Shown here in pieces: positions 26,417-36,293 of a DNA stretch of 64,000 bases. Numbering within the stretch: the first letter of the stretch is position 1; each line of letters starts with the position of its first letter. The position numbers and the translations under genes were made by a program. Source of the DNA: Candidatus Methanoxibalbensis ujae (GTDB lineage: Archaea > Halobacteriota > Syntropharchaeia > Alkanophagales > Methanospirareceae); assembly GCA_026134085.1 (NCBI GenBank), contig JAOQIN010000005.1, positions 9,489 to 73,488 on the forward strand. The letters are read 5' to 3'. The notes under the pieces were generated by a model that saw only the letters and a list, made by a program, of their open reading frames with translations, ran no database searches and was not told the DNA's origin.

Positions 26417-28900
26417 TTATCTGCCGACTGCGAGGAACACTTCGCTGCCTGTGGCGCTGCCAGCGCAATCAATCTCAAATTTTATGTTTGCAGGCACTAT
26501 TGCAGATTCACCTGATTGCAGTGAGACCTCTTCCGACTCTGATCGCACTTTAACAGAACCTGAAATGCATGTGATTATGCATATTTTCTCCTCAAACGCT
26601 ATGGCATTGCGGACTTTCACCATTTTCAGCACGAATTTCTCGCTTTCAACAAGCAGATACTCCTCACTTTCACCTGCTTTGCGCAGTAAGACTGGCCTTT
26701 CCTTCCTTTCATATTTCTCAAATTTCAAAACATTTATCGCATCATCCACATGCAGTTCACGACCTCTTCCGTAGTCATAAATTCTGAATGTCCTTTCAGA
26801 TGCGCTGCTGATTTCATAAACCTTTGTGCCGCCGCCGAGTGCATGAATGGTGCCCGCTGGAATATGAAAGACATCGCCGCGTTTTGCATCGTACTCATTG
26901 AGATGAGACAGAATTTCGCCTGTGCGAATCGCTCTTTCAAATGACTCCCTGTTCTCATTGCGGTTGAATCCGACAAAAATCTTCGCATCTTCAGATGACT
27001 CAATTACAACCCACGCCTCATCTTTCCCGAAATCACCTGTGCGTCTTGCGTACTCATCGTCGGGATGCACCTGCACGGAGAGGTTTTCATCTGCTTTTAT
27101 TATCTTTGCGATAAGAGGAAACCTGCCACTGTCATTTCCGAATGATTCAAACAGATATGCGAGCTCCTCAATCCTCATGCGGAACCTGCAATCATCAACT
27201 TCGATCTCACATGTGTTTCTTGGAGATGCGCACCACAGCTCATATCCCCATGGCTTTTCCTCTATGAAATGCTCAACTTTGAGTGGTTTGTTCACAGATC
27301 TGAGTTTTTCACGCAGAAAATCTCGCAATCCTTTGTTTATGCATTCTTTTCCGAGCGAATCGCCACGAAGTGCCATTTTGAGAAGTGGTATGCTCGTTCT
27401 TTTGTCTTCAAAAAGTCTGTTAAGAGCATCAGCGTCTCCCGCAGCAGCGGCACGCGCAACTTCAACAATGCGCCTTCGCATATCTCTCATATCATAAAGC
27501 GATACGCCCTTCATCATTTCCGCAACCTCACGAAGCGAGAATGTGTTTCTCAGTATCCTTGAGTGCCACCATCTCTCTTTGGGCAATGCTGTTTCGTCGC
27601 CTATTCCCATTTCAAGCCTTATCCTGCCCTCTTCGGGATGAAAGACATCCGCAACAATTTTGCCTCTTATGCGCATTGAGCTGTGATCAACAACACCGTA
27701 TATGACGCTGTCCTCAGCAACGACATCGTTAATCACCGCGTTCAACATGCATGTCCTCATCAGACGCGCATGCGATGCCTCCGCATTTGATACAACACTT
27801 CTCACAAGAGATCCGCTGCGTATGTTCGCATTCACAAGCACACAATCCTCAACATCGGCGCCTGCTCCTCCTGCTGCGGCACATCCTGCTGTGGCACATT
27901 CAACACCTAGAAAATTCCTCAACCGGGAACTCTCAATAAGAAGCATCAGACTCTCATAATAACTGCGGTTCGTCCCGAAATCAAGCCAAACTGTGTGATC
28001 GCTCAACGGAAAACTGCTTATAAGTGAGATGTCCTCACGGTTCCACTCCTCACAACGACGCCTGAAAATCTCCTCTGCACGCTCTCTCAGCCATTCATTT
28101 CCAGCGCTCGCAGCCATTCGCCGCGATGATAGACAGACAAGCATCTGCCAGAGCTCATCTGAGTTGAATTTACCCGCCCTGCGACGGAGTTCATCGCTGA
28201 AAACATCTCTCATGCATGATGCAATCGTGCCGCTCATCATGAATATGCCCATGTTCACAAGCGCTTCTCCACCCATGCGCTCAATTTTCCGACGCACAAC
28301 ATCATAATCGCGGGAATCGTCAAAATCCACAATGTCACACAGCTTTTCTTCAGAACTCACCCTGGAGCTCGACCTCACCATCTGAATTCCATATTTTCTC
28401 ACAGTATCTTCGGTGATCTCCTTCTTGAGGCCGAAAAGCAGGACATGCGTTTTCAGCGCGCTCCTTCGAACATCCTCAGGAGAATCCTCAATGAAGATGA
28501 ACTGGTCGCCCCACACAACGAAAATGCGCGAACCCACTGAAAAATTCTCAAACTGCGCGATCACGCCGTCAAGTATTCTCATGCTCCCTGAGGCGGCAGG
28601 CACATCAATGAAAGCCTTGCACTTGCAGGCCCTCGTCAGCAGATTCCTCGTGCCTTCCCCAGCCGTGTGCACGACAAGAACACTCTTACCCCGCTCCCTG
28701 ACCTCCTCCGTAAGGTCATCACCTGTTTTTTGAGATGCGTTTTCAAGCGCAAAAAGCGTTCCCAAACCGTTCCCCGCAGCTCCATTCCACCCACTTTCGG
28801 AGACCACAACAAACTCCGCACTCCCCGCATCCGGAGGATGACGCTCCAACTCACGAACATCCTCTTCATCAGAGACAACAACCACAACATAATCATACAT
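26417..28900 (-). CDS. Fusion protein: FPGT/fucokinase-N-like sugar-1-phosphate nucleotidyltransferase + left-handed beta-helix + class I mannose-6-phosphate isomerase
   Basis: N-terminus AAGNGLGTLFAL...VLVVHTAGEGTRNL...KAFIDVP...VVWGDQFIF. The middle region has hexapeptide-like repeats. The C-terminus has the PMI-I zinc/active-site motifs LSVQVHPDDEYA, GKDEAWVVIE and IPAGTIHALGGGTKVYEISSASERTFRIYDYGR. Confidence 0.7.
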   Translation of the reverse strand: MYDYVVVVVSDEEDVRELERHPPDAGSAEFVVVSESGWNGAAGNGLGTLFALENASQKTGDDLTEEVRERGKSVLVVHTAGEGTRNLLTRACKCKAFIDVPAASGSMRILDGVIAQFENFSVGSRIFVVWGDQFIFIEDSPEDVRRSALKTHVLLFGLKKEITEDTVRKYGIQMVRSSSRVSSEEKLCDIVDFDDSRDYDVVRRKIERMGGEALVNMGIFMMSGTIASCMRDVFSDELRRRAGKFNSDELWQMLVCLSSRRMAASAGNEWLRERAEEIFRRRCEEWNREDISLISSFPLSDHTVWLDFGTNRSYYESLMLLIESSRLRNFLGVECATAGCAAAGGAGADVEDCVLVNANIRSGSLVRSVVSNAEASHARLMRTCMLNAVINDVVAEDSVIYGVVDHSSMRIRGKIVADVFHPEEGRIRLEMGIGDETALPKERWWHSRILRNTFSLREVAEMMKGVSLYDMRDMRRRIVEVARAAAAGDADALNRLFEDKRTSIPLLKMALRGDSLGKECINKGLRDFLREKLRSVNKPLKVEHFIEEKPWGYELWCASPRNTCEIEVDDCRFRMRIEELAYLFESFGNDSGRFPLIAKIIKADENLSVQVHPDDEYARRTGDFGKDEAWVVIESSEDAKIFVGFNRNENRESFERAIRTGEILSHLNEYDAKRGDVFHIPAGTIHALGGGTKVYEISSASERTFRIYDYGRGRELHVDDAINVLKFEKYERKERPVLLRKAGESEEYLLVESEKFVLKMVKVRNAIAFEEKICIITCISGSVKVRSESEEVSLQSGESAIVPANIKFEIDCAGSATGSEVFLAVGR

Positions 28901-28928
28901 GCATCATCACCATCGAACTTCGCCATGC

Positions 28929-30041
28929 TCATTTCCATCGCTCAATGGTCCTCAAAATATTGTCAAAAAATATCTTTTCCGTGTCTTCAGGACCCGGATT
29001 TGCCTCTGGATGATACTGAACGCAGTAAATTCCGAGATATTCATCCTCAAATCCCTCAACCGTGCCATCATTTGCGTTGAACTGTGTCAGCTCAACTATG
29101 CCATCTGCAGAATTCTCGTCAACAGCGAATCCATGATTCTGAGAAGTTATGAATACTTTCCCCCTTTTCACATCCTTAACCGGCTGATTTGCGCCACGAT
29201 GACCGAACTTCATCTTGAAGGTATTGCATCCAAGTGCCAGGGCCGTTATCTGATGACCGAGGCATATTCCGAAAATAGGTATTTTTCCGGTGAAATGTCG
29301 CACGATTTCCATGACATTTCTCGCGATTTTTGGGTCTCCAGGACCATTTGAAACGAGCAAAGCATCAGGCTCGCAGCTCTCAACAGATGAAATTGAGGAA
29401 TGTGCTGGAAAAACAAATATTTCAAAATTCCTGCGGCTCAGCGATCGCAGTATGCCTCTCTTCACACCGCAGTCTATCAGTGCAATCCTGCCCGCATCTG
29501 CCGAGCCACGGATCATATACGGTCTCTCGCATGTGACCTTGCTTATAAGGTCAACTGAAGATATGTCAGGCTGCGACCTCGCCAGCTCAATATATGCCTC
29601 CACATCATCACGCCAATCCTCACGCCCAAAATCGATGCCGACATCATAAACGATGCACGCCTTCATTGTTCCAAACTCTCTTATCCTGCGTGTGAGCATT
29701 CTCGTATCAACCTCACAGATGCCTGGAATGCGCTCATCTCTGAGAAATTCCTCTATGCTCCGCTTGCTCCTGTAATGAAAGTGCGAATCAAAGCGTTCCC
29801 TCACAACAAAACCCTCAACCTGTATGCCATCTGACTGAAACCTATCTCCGCTGACACCGTAATTTCCGATGAGAGGGTATGTGAGCATGAGTATCTGCCC
29901 TTTATAGGAAGGATCTGTTAGCATTTCTTCATAGCCCGTAAAAGAAGTTGCAAACACAAGCTCGCCCAAAGCGATGCCCGGGTGTCCGAACCCCTCTCCA
30001 CGAACAACTGTCCCGTCATCAAGTGCGAGAATCGCTTGCAT
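28929..30041 (-). CDS. carA: Carbamoyl-phosphate synthase small (glutaminase) subunit
   Basis: LVFATSFTGYEEMLTDPSYKGQILMLTYPLIGNYGV. The GATase triad context is IFGICLGHQ...QYHPEA. Confidence 0.9.
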   Translation of the reverse strand: MQAILALDDGTVVRGEGFGHPGIALGELVFATSFTGYEEMLTDPSYKGQILMLTYPLIGNYGVSGDRFQSDGIQVEGFVVRERFDSHFHYRSKRSIEEFLRDERIPGICEVDTRMLTRRIREFGTMKACIVYDVGIDFGREDWRDDVEAYIELARSQPDISSVDLISKVTCERPYMIRGSADAGRIALIDCGVKRGILRSLSRRNFEIFVFPAHSSISSVESCEPDALLVSNGPGDPKIARNVMEIVRHFTGKIPIFGICLGHQITALALGCNTFKMKFGHRGANQPVKDVKRGKVFITSQNHGFAVDENSADGIVELTQFNANDGTVEGFEDEYLGIYCVQYHPEANPGPEDTEKIFFDNILRTIERWK

Positions 30042-30086
30042 TATCTTTTGTTCTCCCTCTCAATAAATAAACTCGCGTCGCCAAAC

Positions 30087-30166
30087 CAAGCGTCGTCAAG
30101 CGTTGCCAAGCGTTGTCAAGTGTCACCAAGCGTCACCAAGCATCACCAAGCATCACCAAGTGTCGC
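30087..30166. repeat. Tandem array, 8 x 10 bp (CAAGCGTCAC consensus), filling the spacer upstream of the carA promoter
   Basis: The units are caagcgtcgt, caagcgttgc, caagcgttgt, caagtgtcac, caagcgtcac, caagcatcac, caagcatcac and caagtgtcgc, with CAAG recurring exactly every 10 nt. Confidence 0.9.
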
Positions 30167-30167
30167 C

Positions 30168-31241
30168 TCACAAGAAATCACAATTCAGGATTTTATACAA
30201 TGTGTTTCGCTGTGCCACGGGTCTTCCGACAGCACTGCACATTCGCACTATTTCTGATACAGCAGGAGGCTCAAAAGACATGCCAGCGGCTGTCACGACA
30301 TTCTCCTCAAGAACAGTCCCTCCAAAATCATTTGCCCCAAAATACAATGCGAGTGTCGCTATGTCAAAGCCCTGCGTGAGCCAGGATGCCTGAATGTTTC
30401 TGAAGTTGTGGAGCACGATCCTTGAAACAGCGAGCACCCTCAGATATTCAACAGGAGATGCAGCGCTGTGGACTGTGCGCTGGAGTGCTGTGTTTTTGGG
30501 CTGAAATGTCCATGGGATGAATGCTGTGAACCCTCCCGTCCTGTTTTGAAGTTCTCTCAGCCTGAAAAGATGCGTGATTATGTCCTCCTTCGTCTCTATA
30601 TGACCGAACATCATTGTGGCGGATGAAGGTATGCCAATTTTATGCGCGGTTTCCATCACTTTTAACCATTGCTCAGCACTTATTTTCCTCCGACTTATGC
30701 GCATGCGCACCCGCTCGCTCAATATCTCCGCACCTCCGCCTGGAAGGGAGTCAAGACCCGCTGCTTTCAATCGCGAGAGCGCTTCTCTCACGCTTATCCC
30801 CTCTCTGCTCGCAATAAAATATATCTCGGGAGGTGAGAGACAGTGCAGATGAACGCTGAAACGACGCTTTATCTCTCTGAACACTTCCTCAAAATACTCA
30901 ATCCCTATATCAGGATTCAATCCTCCCTGAATCAATATCTGCGTCGCACCGAGAGCAACAGCCTCAGCCACCTTCCTTATTATCTGATCAACACTCAACA
31001 CATACACATCTTCTTCCCTTTTAGCATAAAATGCGCAGAATTCACACATTGAAATACATTTATTCGTGTAATTTATATTCCTATCTATGACAAAAGTTAC
31101 AATATCTCCGCATTTTTGATACCTTATCTCATCTGCAATTTGCCCTAAAATTGGCGTTGGGAGGCTGAAAAGGTGGAGAGCATCTTTAAATTTCATGTCC
31201 TCTCCTTCCAGATTCATCCGCACATATTCCCTCCATGACAT
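30168..31241 (-). CDS. Radical SAM enzyme of the CofH/CofG/MqnC/MqnE family (possibly FO synthase subunit CofH)
   Basis: NINYTNKCISMCEFCAFYAKRE CxxxCxxC cluster motif; QGGLNPD; LPGGGAEIL; ATMMFGHIETKED; ANDFGGTVLEENV. I cannot separate CofH from the Mqn enzymes by eye. Confidence 0.6.
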   Translation of the reverse strand: MSWREYVRMNLEGEDMKFKDALHLFSLPTPILGQIADEIRYQKCGDIVTFVIDRNINYTNKCISMCEFCAFYAKREEDVYVLSVDQIIRKVAEAVALGATQILIQGGLNPDIGIEYFEEVFREIKRRFSVHLHCLSPPEIYFIASREGISVREALSRLKAAGLDSLPGGGAEILSERVRMRISRRKISAEQWLKVMETAHKIGIPSSATMMFGHIETKEDIITHLFRLRELQNRTGGFTAFIPWTFQPKNTALQRTVHSAASPVEYLRVLAVSRIVLHNFRNIQASWLTQGFDIATLALYFGANDFGGTVLEENVVTAAGMSFEPPAVSEIVRMCSAVGRPVAQRNTLYKILNCDFL

Positions 31242-31509
31242 GCCGCATCACGCACATTTATTAACGCACAGTTCATAAAAAATTTAAAAACTTTGAGCCG
31301 CACATCATGATGCAAATGCTCAGGCTATGCCTGACTATGCCCATGACGACGGACAGATGAGCAGATGAGATGAAAGATGACGAACTCCTCACGGTGCTGT
31401 TGCGTTAGTGCCGTTGCGCTGAGCTGACAGAGGGGCATCAGGATCCACCACACGCAGTGGCAGGCGCAGCAGCGTCAGCATTATATTAATCAGGCCAAAT
31501 AGAATTTCA

Positions 31510-32112
31510 ATGTCATCCGAAACGCTGGGAGAATATCTACGCTCCATCCGCTTTTATATTGCATTCATGGCTGTGTTTTTCCTGTTTTCTATTGCGGTGG
31601 GATATACGGGCATGTTCAACAGCTTTTTTGAGAATCCCTCGAAATTTCTCAAAAAAATAAGCAGCTTTATAGACATGCCGCATATCTCTCCATGGACTGT
31701 TTTCCTGCTTTTTTTCGCGCTTATTTTCCTGAACAATACGCTCACATGCTTCCTGGCAATTTTCACAGGACCGCTGATAGGCATATTTCCGATTTTCTCG
31801 GTATTTTTGAACGGCGGCCTGATCGGATGGTTCGCGAGGGAGTATGATGAATTTGTGTTCATATTAATACTGCCGCACGGCGTATTTGAGATTCCCGCAT
31901 TTCTGATAAGCACAGCTATCGGATTGAGACTTGCCCGTGAGGTGTTCAAGCCAGCTGACGAGCGTGAGTTGAAGGTTGAGCTGGGGAGAGGGCTGTATGT
32001 GTTCGTGAGGCTTATCGTACCGCTGCTTCTGATCGCAGCCCTCATTGAGAGCTCACACATCGTCATATCGTATTATGTCTCCACCATAATAGGAAATATG
32101 TCCGCATCATAA
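31510..32112 (+). CDS. SpoIIM-like (DUF95) membrane protein
   Basis: A multi-TM protein with ILPHGVFEIPAFLISTAIGLRLA, characteristic of the stage II sporulation protein M family. Confidence 0.65.
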   Translation: MSSETLGEYLRSIRFYIAFMAVFFLFSIAVGYTGMFNSFFENPSKFLKKISSFIDMPHISPWTVFLLFFALIFLNNTLTCFLAIFTGPLIGIFPIFSVFLNGGLIGWFAREYDEFVFILILPHGVFEIPAFLISTAIGLRLAREVFKPADERELKVELGRGLYVFVRLIVPLLLIAALIESSHIVISYYVSTIIGNMSAS

Positions 32113-32765
32113 TGGGTGAAGCGGCTATGAAAGTGCATGAAAATCTGTATTGGTATCGTGAGAAGGGTTTTCTTGATTCAAACACATATGTGATAAGAGG
32201 CGATATAACAATTCTGATAGATCCCGGGCTGAGAAAATATGCACAGATCAAAGCAGAAGAAATGCAAAATGATGGCATTGACACGAAAGGCATAGATATA
32301 ATTGCGGTAACGCACCTCCATCCCGACCATTGTGATGCGATATCATTTTTCAAAGAGCGTGCAGATGCCAAAATTGCGCTTCATACATCGCAGATAGAGC
32401 ATAAACATGTGCTCAGGGACATATCACGAATTCTCCGCATGGAATGCTTTGATTTTCATGAGGACATCGTTTTTGATGCTTTGGGAGAGGTGGGGCTTGA
32501 TGTGCTGCACACGCCCGGACATTCACCGGAAAGCATATGCTTCTTCGTGAAATCATGTTCCGCGCTCATATGCGGTGACCTTTTTTTTCTGAATGGCGTA
32601 GGCAGAACAGACCTCCCATACGGCGATGAATCGGCACTTATCTCATCAATAGAGCGAGTCCGTGCGCTTGATGCCGATATTGTGATGCCGGGTCACGGTG
32701 ATATCATCAGAAACAGGGAGGAAGTGCGCAGAAATTTTGAGATCATAACATCATTTTTCAGATGA
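32112..32765 (+). CDS. MBL-fold metallo-hydrolase (glyoxalase II-like)
   Basis: VTHLHPDHCDA, HTPGHSPESICF, GDLFF..GVGRTDLPYGD, MPGHGD. Its start overlaps the upstream stop (TAATG). Confidence 0.8.
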   Translation: MGEAAMKVHENLYWYREKGFLDSNTYVIRGDITILIDPGLRKYAQIKAEEMQNDGIDTKGIDIIAVTHLHPDHCDAISFFKERADAKIALHTSQIEHKHVLRDISRILRMECFDFHEDIVFDALGEVGLDVLHTPGHSPESICFFVKSCSALICGDLFFLNGVGRTDLPYGDESALISSIERVRALDADIVMPGHGDIIRNREEVRRNFEIITSFFR

Positions 32766-32843
32766 TTGTGGATTGTGTGTGCACCGTGCGCTGCGAGCTG
32801 GGAGGAAATGAAACTCACAAAAAACAAAACGGAGGGAGATAAA

Positions 32844-33854
32844 ATGCTCACCGTGTATATTGAGAAGTTATTGAGGAATGAAGATTTGAGCGCTGAAGAG
32901 GCGTCTTCGGCCATGCGTGCGATAATGGAAGGTCGCGCAGACGAAATTCAGACGGCAGCGTTCCTGACTGCGTTGAGGATGAAAGGAGAGAAAGAGAGCG
33001 AAATAGCGGCGTTTGCGGATGTGATGCGATCGCTTGCACTGCGAATTCATCCGAATGTTGATAGATGTGTTGATGTCTGTGGCACGGGAGGAGACGCGCT
33101 GAACACTTTCAACATCTCAACAACGGCAGCGTTCGTTGTTGCGTGTTTTGTGCCTGTTGCAAAGCACGGAAATCGCTCAGTCACATCAAAATGCGGCAGC
33201 GCTGATGTGATTGAAGCTCTCGGTGTCAACCTATCAATGCCTCCTGAAAAGATAAAAGAATGCATAGAGCGCGTTGGAATAGGTTTTATGTATGCACCTT
33301 TTCACCATAAAGCAATGAAAAATGTTGCTGATATCCGTAAAAGACTGCGCTTCAGAACAGTGTTCAACATTCTTGGTCCTCTTACAAATCCAGCAGGTGC
33401 AACTCATCAGCTGATAGGGGTTTTTTCACCCGATATGACTGAAAAAATAGCGAAGGTTCTCAGAATTCTCGGATTGAAAAAGGCGCTCGTCGTTCATGGC
33501 GCTCCGGGAATTGATGAGGTCTCAATATGCGGAAAGACAAAAATATCAATGCTCGCTGATGGGAGGGTGGAGACATTTTTCATATCTCCTGAGGATTTTG
33601 AAATGAAAACTGCATCACCAGGAGAAATAGAAGGCGGCACTGTGGAGGAAAATGTGCGCATTTTGAAGAATATACTCAGCAATAATGATGACAGTGCGAG
33701 GAAGAATGTTGTTATATTGAATGCGGCAGCAGCATTATTCGCTGCAGAATCTGCTGAAAGCTTCCAGGAGGGCATTGAAATGGCGAGATATGCCATAGAG
33801 AGCGGTGAGGCGATGCGAAAACTTCATGATTTCATAAATTTCGCCGCATGCTGA
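32844..33854 (+). CDS. trpD: Anthranilate phosphoribosyltransferase
   Basis: GGAGGGAG SD. ..AFLTALRMKGE...DVCGTGGDALNTFNISTTAAFVVA...AKHGNRSVTSKCGSADV. No other trp genes are adjacent. Confidence 0.85.
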   Translation: MLTVYIEKLLRNEDLSAEEASSAMRAIMEGRADEIQTAAFLTALRMKGEKESEIAAFADVMRSLALRIHPNVDRCVDVCGTGGDALNTFNISTTAAFVVACFVPVAKHGNRSVTSKCGSADVIEALGVNLSMPPEKIKECIERVGIGFMYAPFHHKAMKNVADIRKRLRFRTVFNILGPLTNPAGATHQLIGVFSPDMTEKIAKVLRILGLKKALVVHGAPGIDEVSICGKTKISMLADGRVETFFISPEDFEMKTASPGEIEGGTVEENVRILKNILSNNDDSARKNVVILNAAAALFAAESAESFQEGIEMARYAIESGEAMRKLHDFINFAAC

Positions 33855-33857
33855 GAT

Positions 33858-33900
33858 CACTGCTGTCACCGCTGTCACTGCTGTCACTGCTGTCACTGCT
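33858..33900. repeat. Tandem 9-bp repeat (CACTGCTGT x about 4.8) flanked by direct repeats GCTGAGATCA, starting 4 nt after the trpD stop
   Basis: gctgagatca ctgctgtca ccgctgtca ctgctgtca ctgctgtca ctgct gagatca. Confidence 0.85.
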
Positions 33901-34013
33901 GAGATCAGATGAGCGCTGAGATTGAGTGTGCGGGCTCCTGCCGGTCATGGCTGAAGGGTCATGGCGGATGATTGAGAAAACTAAAGTTTGTGTGAATGCG
34001 AATAAGATTCAGA

Positions 34014-35732
34014 ATGAAGAAGAACCTGAGCGGTGCGGAGATTGTATTGGAAGGGCTCAAGGGAGAGGGAGTTGAAGTTGTCTTTGGCATTCCCGGCGGT
34101 GCGCTGCTTGATTTATACAACATGCTGTACGATGAGGAGGGGATCAGGCACATACTGATGAGGCATGAGCAGTGTGCCGCACATGCAGCCGATGGATATG
34201 CGCGCGCTTCTGCGAAGACTGGAGTGTGTATTGCCACTTCAGGACCCGGGGCGACAAACCTGGTGACAGGTCTTGCGACTGCGCAGATGGATTCATCGCC
34301 TGTTGTCGCGCTCACTGGTCAGGTGCCGACTGCTGCGATAGGATCGGATGCGTTTCAGGAGACCTCAACATTCACGCTTACGATGCCCATAACAAAGCAT
34401 AATTTTCTTGTGAAGCGGACGGAGGACCTGCCAAAAGTGATTCATCAGGCGTTCTACATCGCGAGCACGGGTCGCAAGGGGGTTGTTCTGATAGATCTGC
34501 CCAAGGATGTTCTGGCTGAGAGGGTTGATATTGATACCGATGTTCATGTGAAGCCGCCCGGATACAATCCGAAGACCGAGCCGAATATAATGCAGATAAA
34601 GAAGGCGGTTGATGTGCTCGTCGCATCTTCAGAGCCTGTCATCCTTGCTGGTGGAGGTGTGATAAGCGCAAACGCGTCTGAAGAGGTGCGTGTGTTGGCT
34701 GAAATGCTTCAAGCAGCTGTTGTGACGACGCTCATGGGAAAAGGTGCTATTCCCGAAGATCATCCTCTCTGCCTTGGAATGGGGGGCATGCACGGTCATT
34801 ATCCGGCGAACAAGGCGCTTTCAGAATGCGATGTGCTGCTCGCCGTCGGCACAAGGTTCAGCGACAGGCTGACAGGATGGAAAACAGAGCAATTTGCTCC
34901 CGATGCGAAGATAATCCACATAGACATAGATGCAGCTGAGATAAACAAGAACATTCAGGTTCACATACCGATTGTTGGAGATGCGAAGGCCGCTCTATCA
35001 GCAATCATAAGAAATCTTGAGCGAAGACTTGAAAAATCAGGGGGAACAAGCCCGAGAAATGAGTGGGAGCGCCGTGTGAGGGAGATGCATCGTATATGCG
35101 AGAGCTGCATAAACACAGATGGCGATGATATGTTATCAGCACGCATGATAAAGGAGATAGGGAGGATTCTCAAGGATGATACGATAATCACAACAGAGGT
35201 CGGGCAGTGCCAGATGTTCGCCGCACACTTCTACATGACGAAAAAACCTCGCAATTTCATCTCATCTGGAGGTCTCGGAACAATGGGCTTCGGATTTCCA
35301 GCGGCGATAGGTGCCAAGGTGGCATGTCCTGACAGGGATGTTGTTGACATTGCAGGCGATGGCAGTTTTCTGATGACATGCCAGGACCTCGCAACATGCA
35401 TTGAAAACGACATTCAGGTTGTTGTGTGCATATTTGACAACCGCTATCTCGGAATGGTGCGTCAGTGGCAGGAGCTCTTCTTTGAGCGAAAATATGCGCA
35501 CACGCATCTCGGCGTGACACCTGATTTCGTGAAGCTTGCCGAGTCATTCGGATGCTACGCGGAGAGAGTTGAGCGACCTGAGGACCTGAGAGAAGCTTTC
35601 AAAAACGCATTTGAATCGGGAAAAACTGCAGTTCTTGATCTGATTGTGGGGAAAGAGGACAAAGTGCTCCCCATGATACCGCCCGGTGGGGGACTTACAG
35701 AAATGATCGGTGTCGAGAGATGCAACATATGA
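34014..35732 (+). CDS. ilvB: Acetolactate synthase large subunit
   Basis: LSGAEIVLEGLKGEGVEVVFGIPGGALLDLY, a TPP-binding GDGSFLM...N motif, and the typical length. Confidence 0.9.
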   Translation: MKKNLSGAEIVLEGLKGEGVEVVFGIPGGALLDLYNMLYDEEGIRHILMRHEQCAAHAADGYARASAKTGVCIATSGPGATNLVTGLATAQMDSSPVVALTGQVPTAAIGSDAFQETSTFTLTMPITKHNFLVKRTEDLPKVIHQAFYIASTGRKGVVLIDLPKDVLAERVDIDTDVHVKPPGYNPKTEPNIMQIKKAVDVLVASSEPVILAGGGVISANASEEVRVLAEMLQAAVVTTLMGKGAIPEDHPLCLGMGGMHGHYPANKALSECDVLLAVGTRFSDRLTGWKTEQFAPDAKIIHIDIDAAEINKNIQVHIPIVGDAKAALSAIIRNLERRLEKSGGTSPRNEWERRVREMHRICESCINTDGDDMLSARMIKEIGRILKDDTIITTEVGQCQMFAAHFYMTKKPRNFISSGGLGTMGFGFPAAIGAKVACPDRDVVDIAGDGSFLMTCQDLATCIENDIQVVVCIFDNRYLGMVRQWQELFFERKYAHTHLGVTPDFVKLAESFGCYAERVERPEDLREAFKNAFESGKTAVLDLIVGKEDKVLPMIPPGGGLTEMIGVERCNI

Positions 35733-36193
35733 TATCACTTCTCGTTGAGGATAATCCGGGAGTGCTCGCAAGAATATCAGGAATGTTCACACGCCGCGCT
35801 ATAAACATCACATCGCTCACTGTTTCGCCGTGCGAGAAACCAAAACTCTCAAGAATGACTGTCGTTATAAACGGCTCGGAAAGGGAACTTGAGCAGGTGA
35901 GAAAGCAGCTCAACAATCTCATTGAGGTTATTCAGGTTCGTGAGCTCAGCAGCGAGGACGCGATCGTCAGAGACCTCTGTCTGTTGAAAGTCTCAGCCAA
36001 AAAAGAGCAGCGCGCTGAAATACTGCAACTCGCTGAATCCTACGGAGCAAGGGTGTTGGATGCCACGCTCAGCACACTCACATTTGAACTCGCAGACGAG
36101 CCTCGGAAAATAGACAGATTTGTGGAAATAATGCGACACTTCGGCATAAAACAACTGCTCCGCAGTGGAATATGCGCAATCGCAAGGGATTAA
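35720..36193 (+). CDS. ilvH: Acetolactate synthase small (regulatory) subunit
   Basis: ISLLVEDNPGVLARISGMFTRRAINITSLTV ACT domain. Overlaps the ilvB stop. Confidence 0.85.
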   Translation: MQHMISLLVEDNPGVLARISGMFTRRAINITSLTVSPCEKPKLSRMTVVINGSERELEQVRKQLNNLIEVIQVRELSSEDAIVRDLCLLKVSAKKEQRAEILQLAESYGARVLDATLSTLTFELADEPRKIDRFVEIMRHFGIKQLLRSGICAIARD

Positions 36194-36293
36194 GACGGAT
36201 CTCTCCTCTCTCATCCATCTCACATCCATCTCACTCGCATCCACACTCCGCTTGTTTTTTATTGCCCTTATCCATCATCTGGAGGTGAAACAT

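Noticed and set aside
30087-30166. Possibility that the tandem arrays (here, 63171-63258 and others) are CRISPR arrays
   Set aside because: The units are only 9-22 nt and directly abut each other with no unique spacers, and no cas genes are present. These are micro- or minisatellites, not CRISPR.
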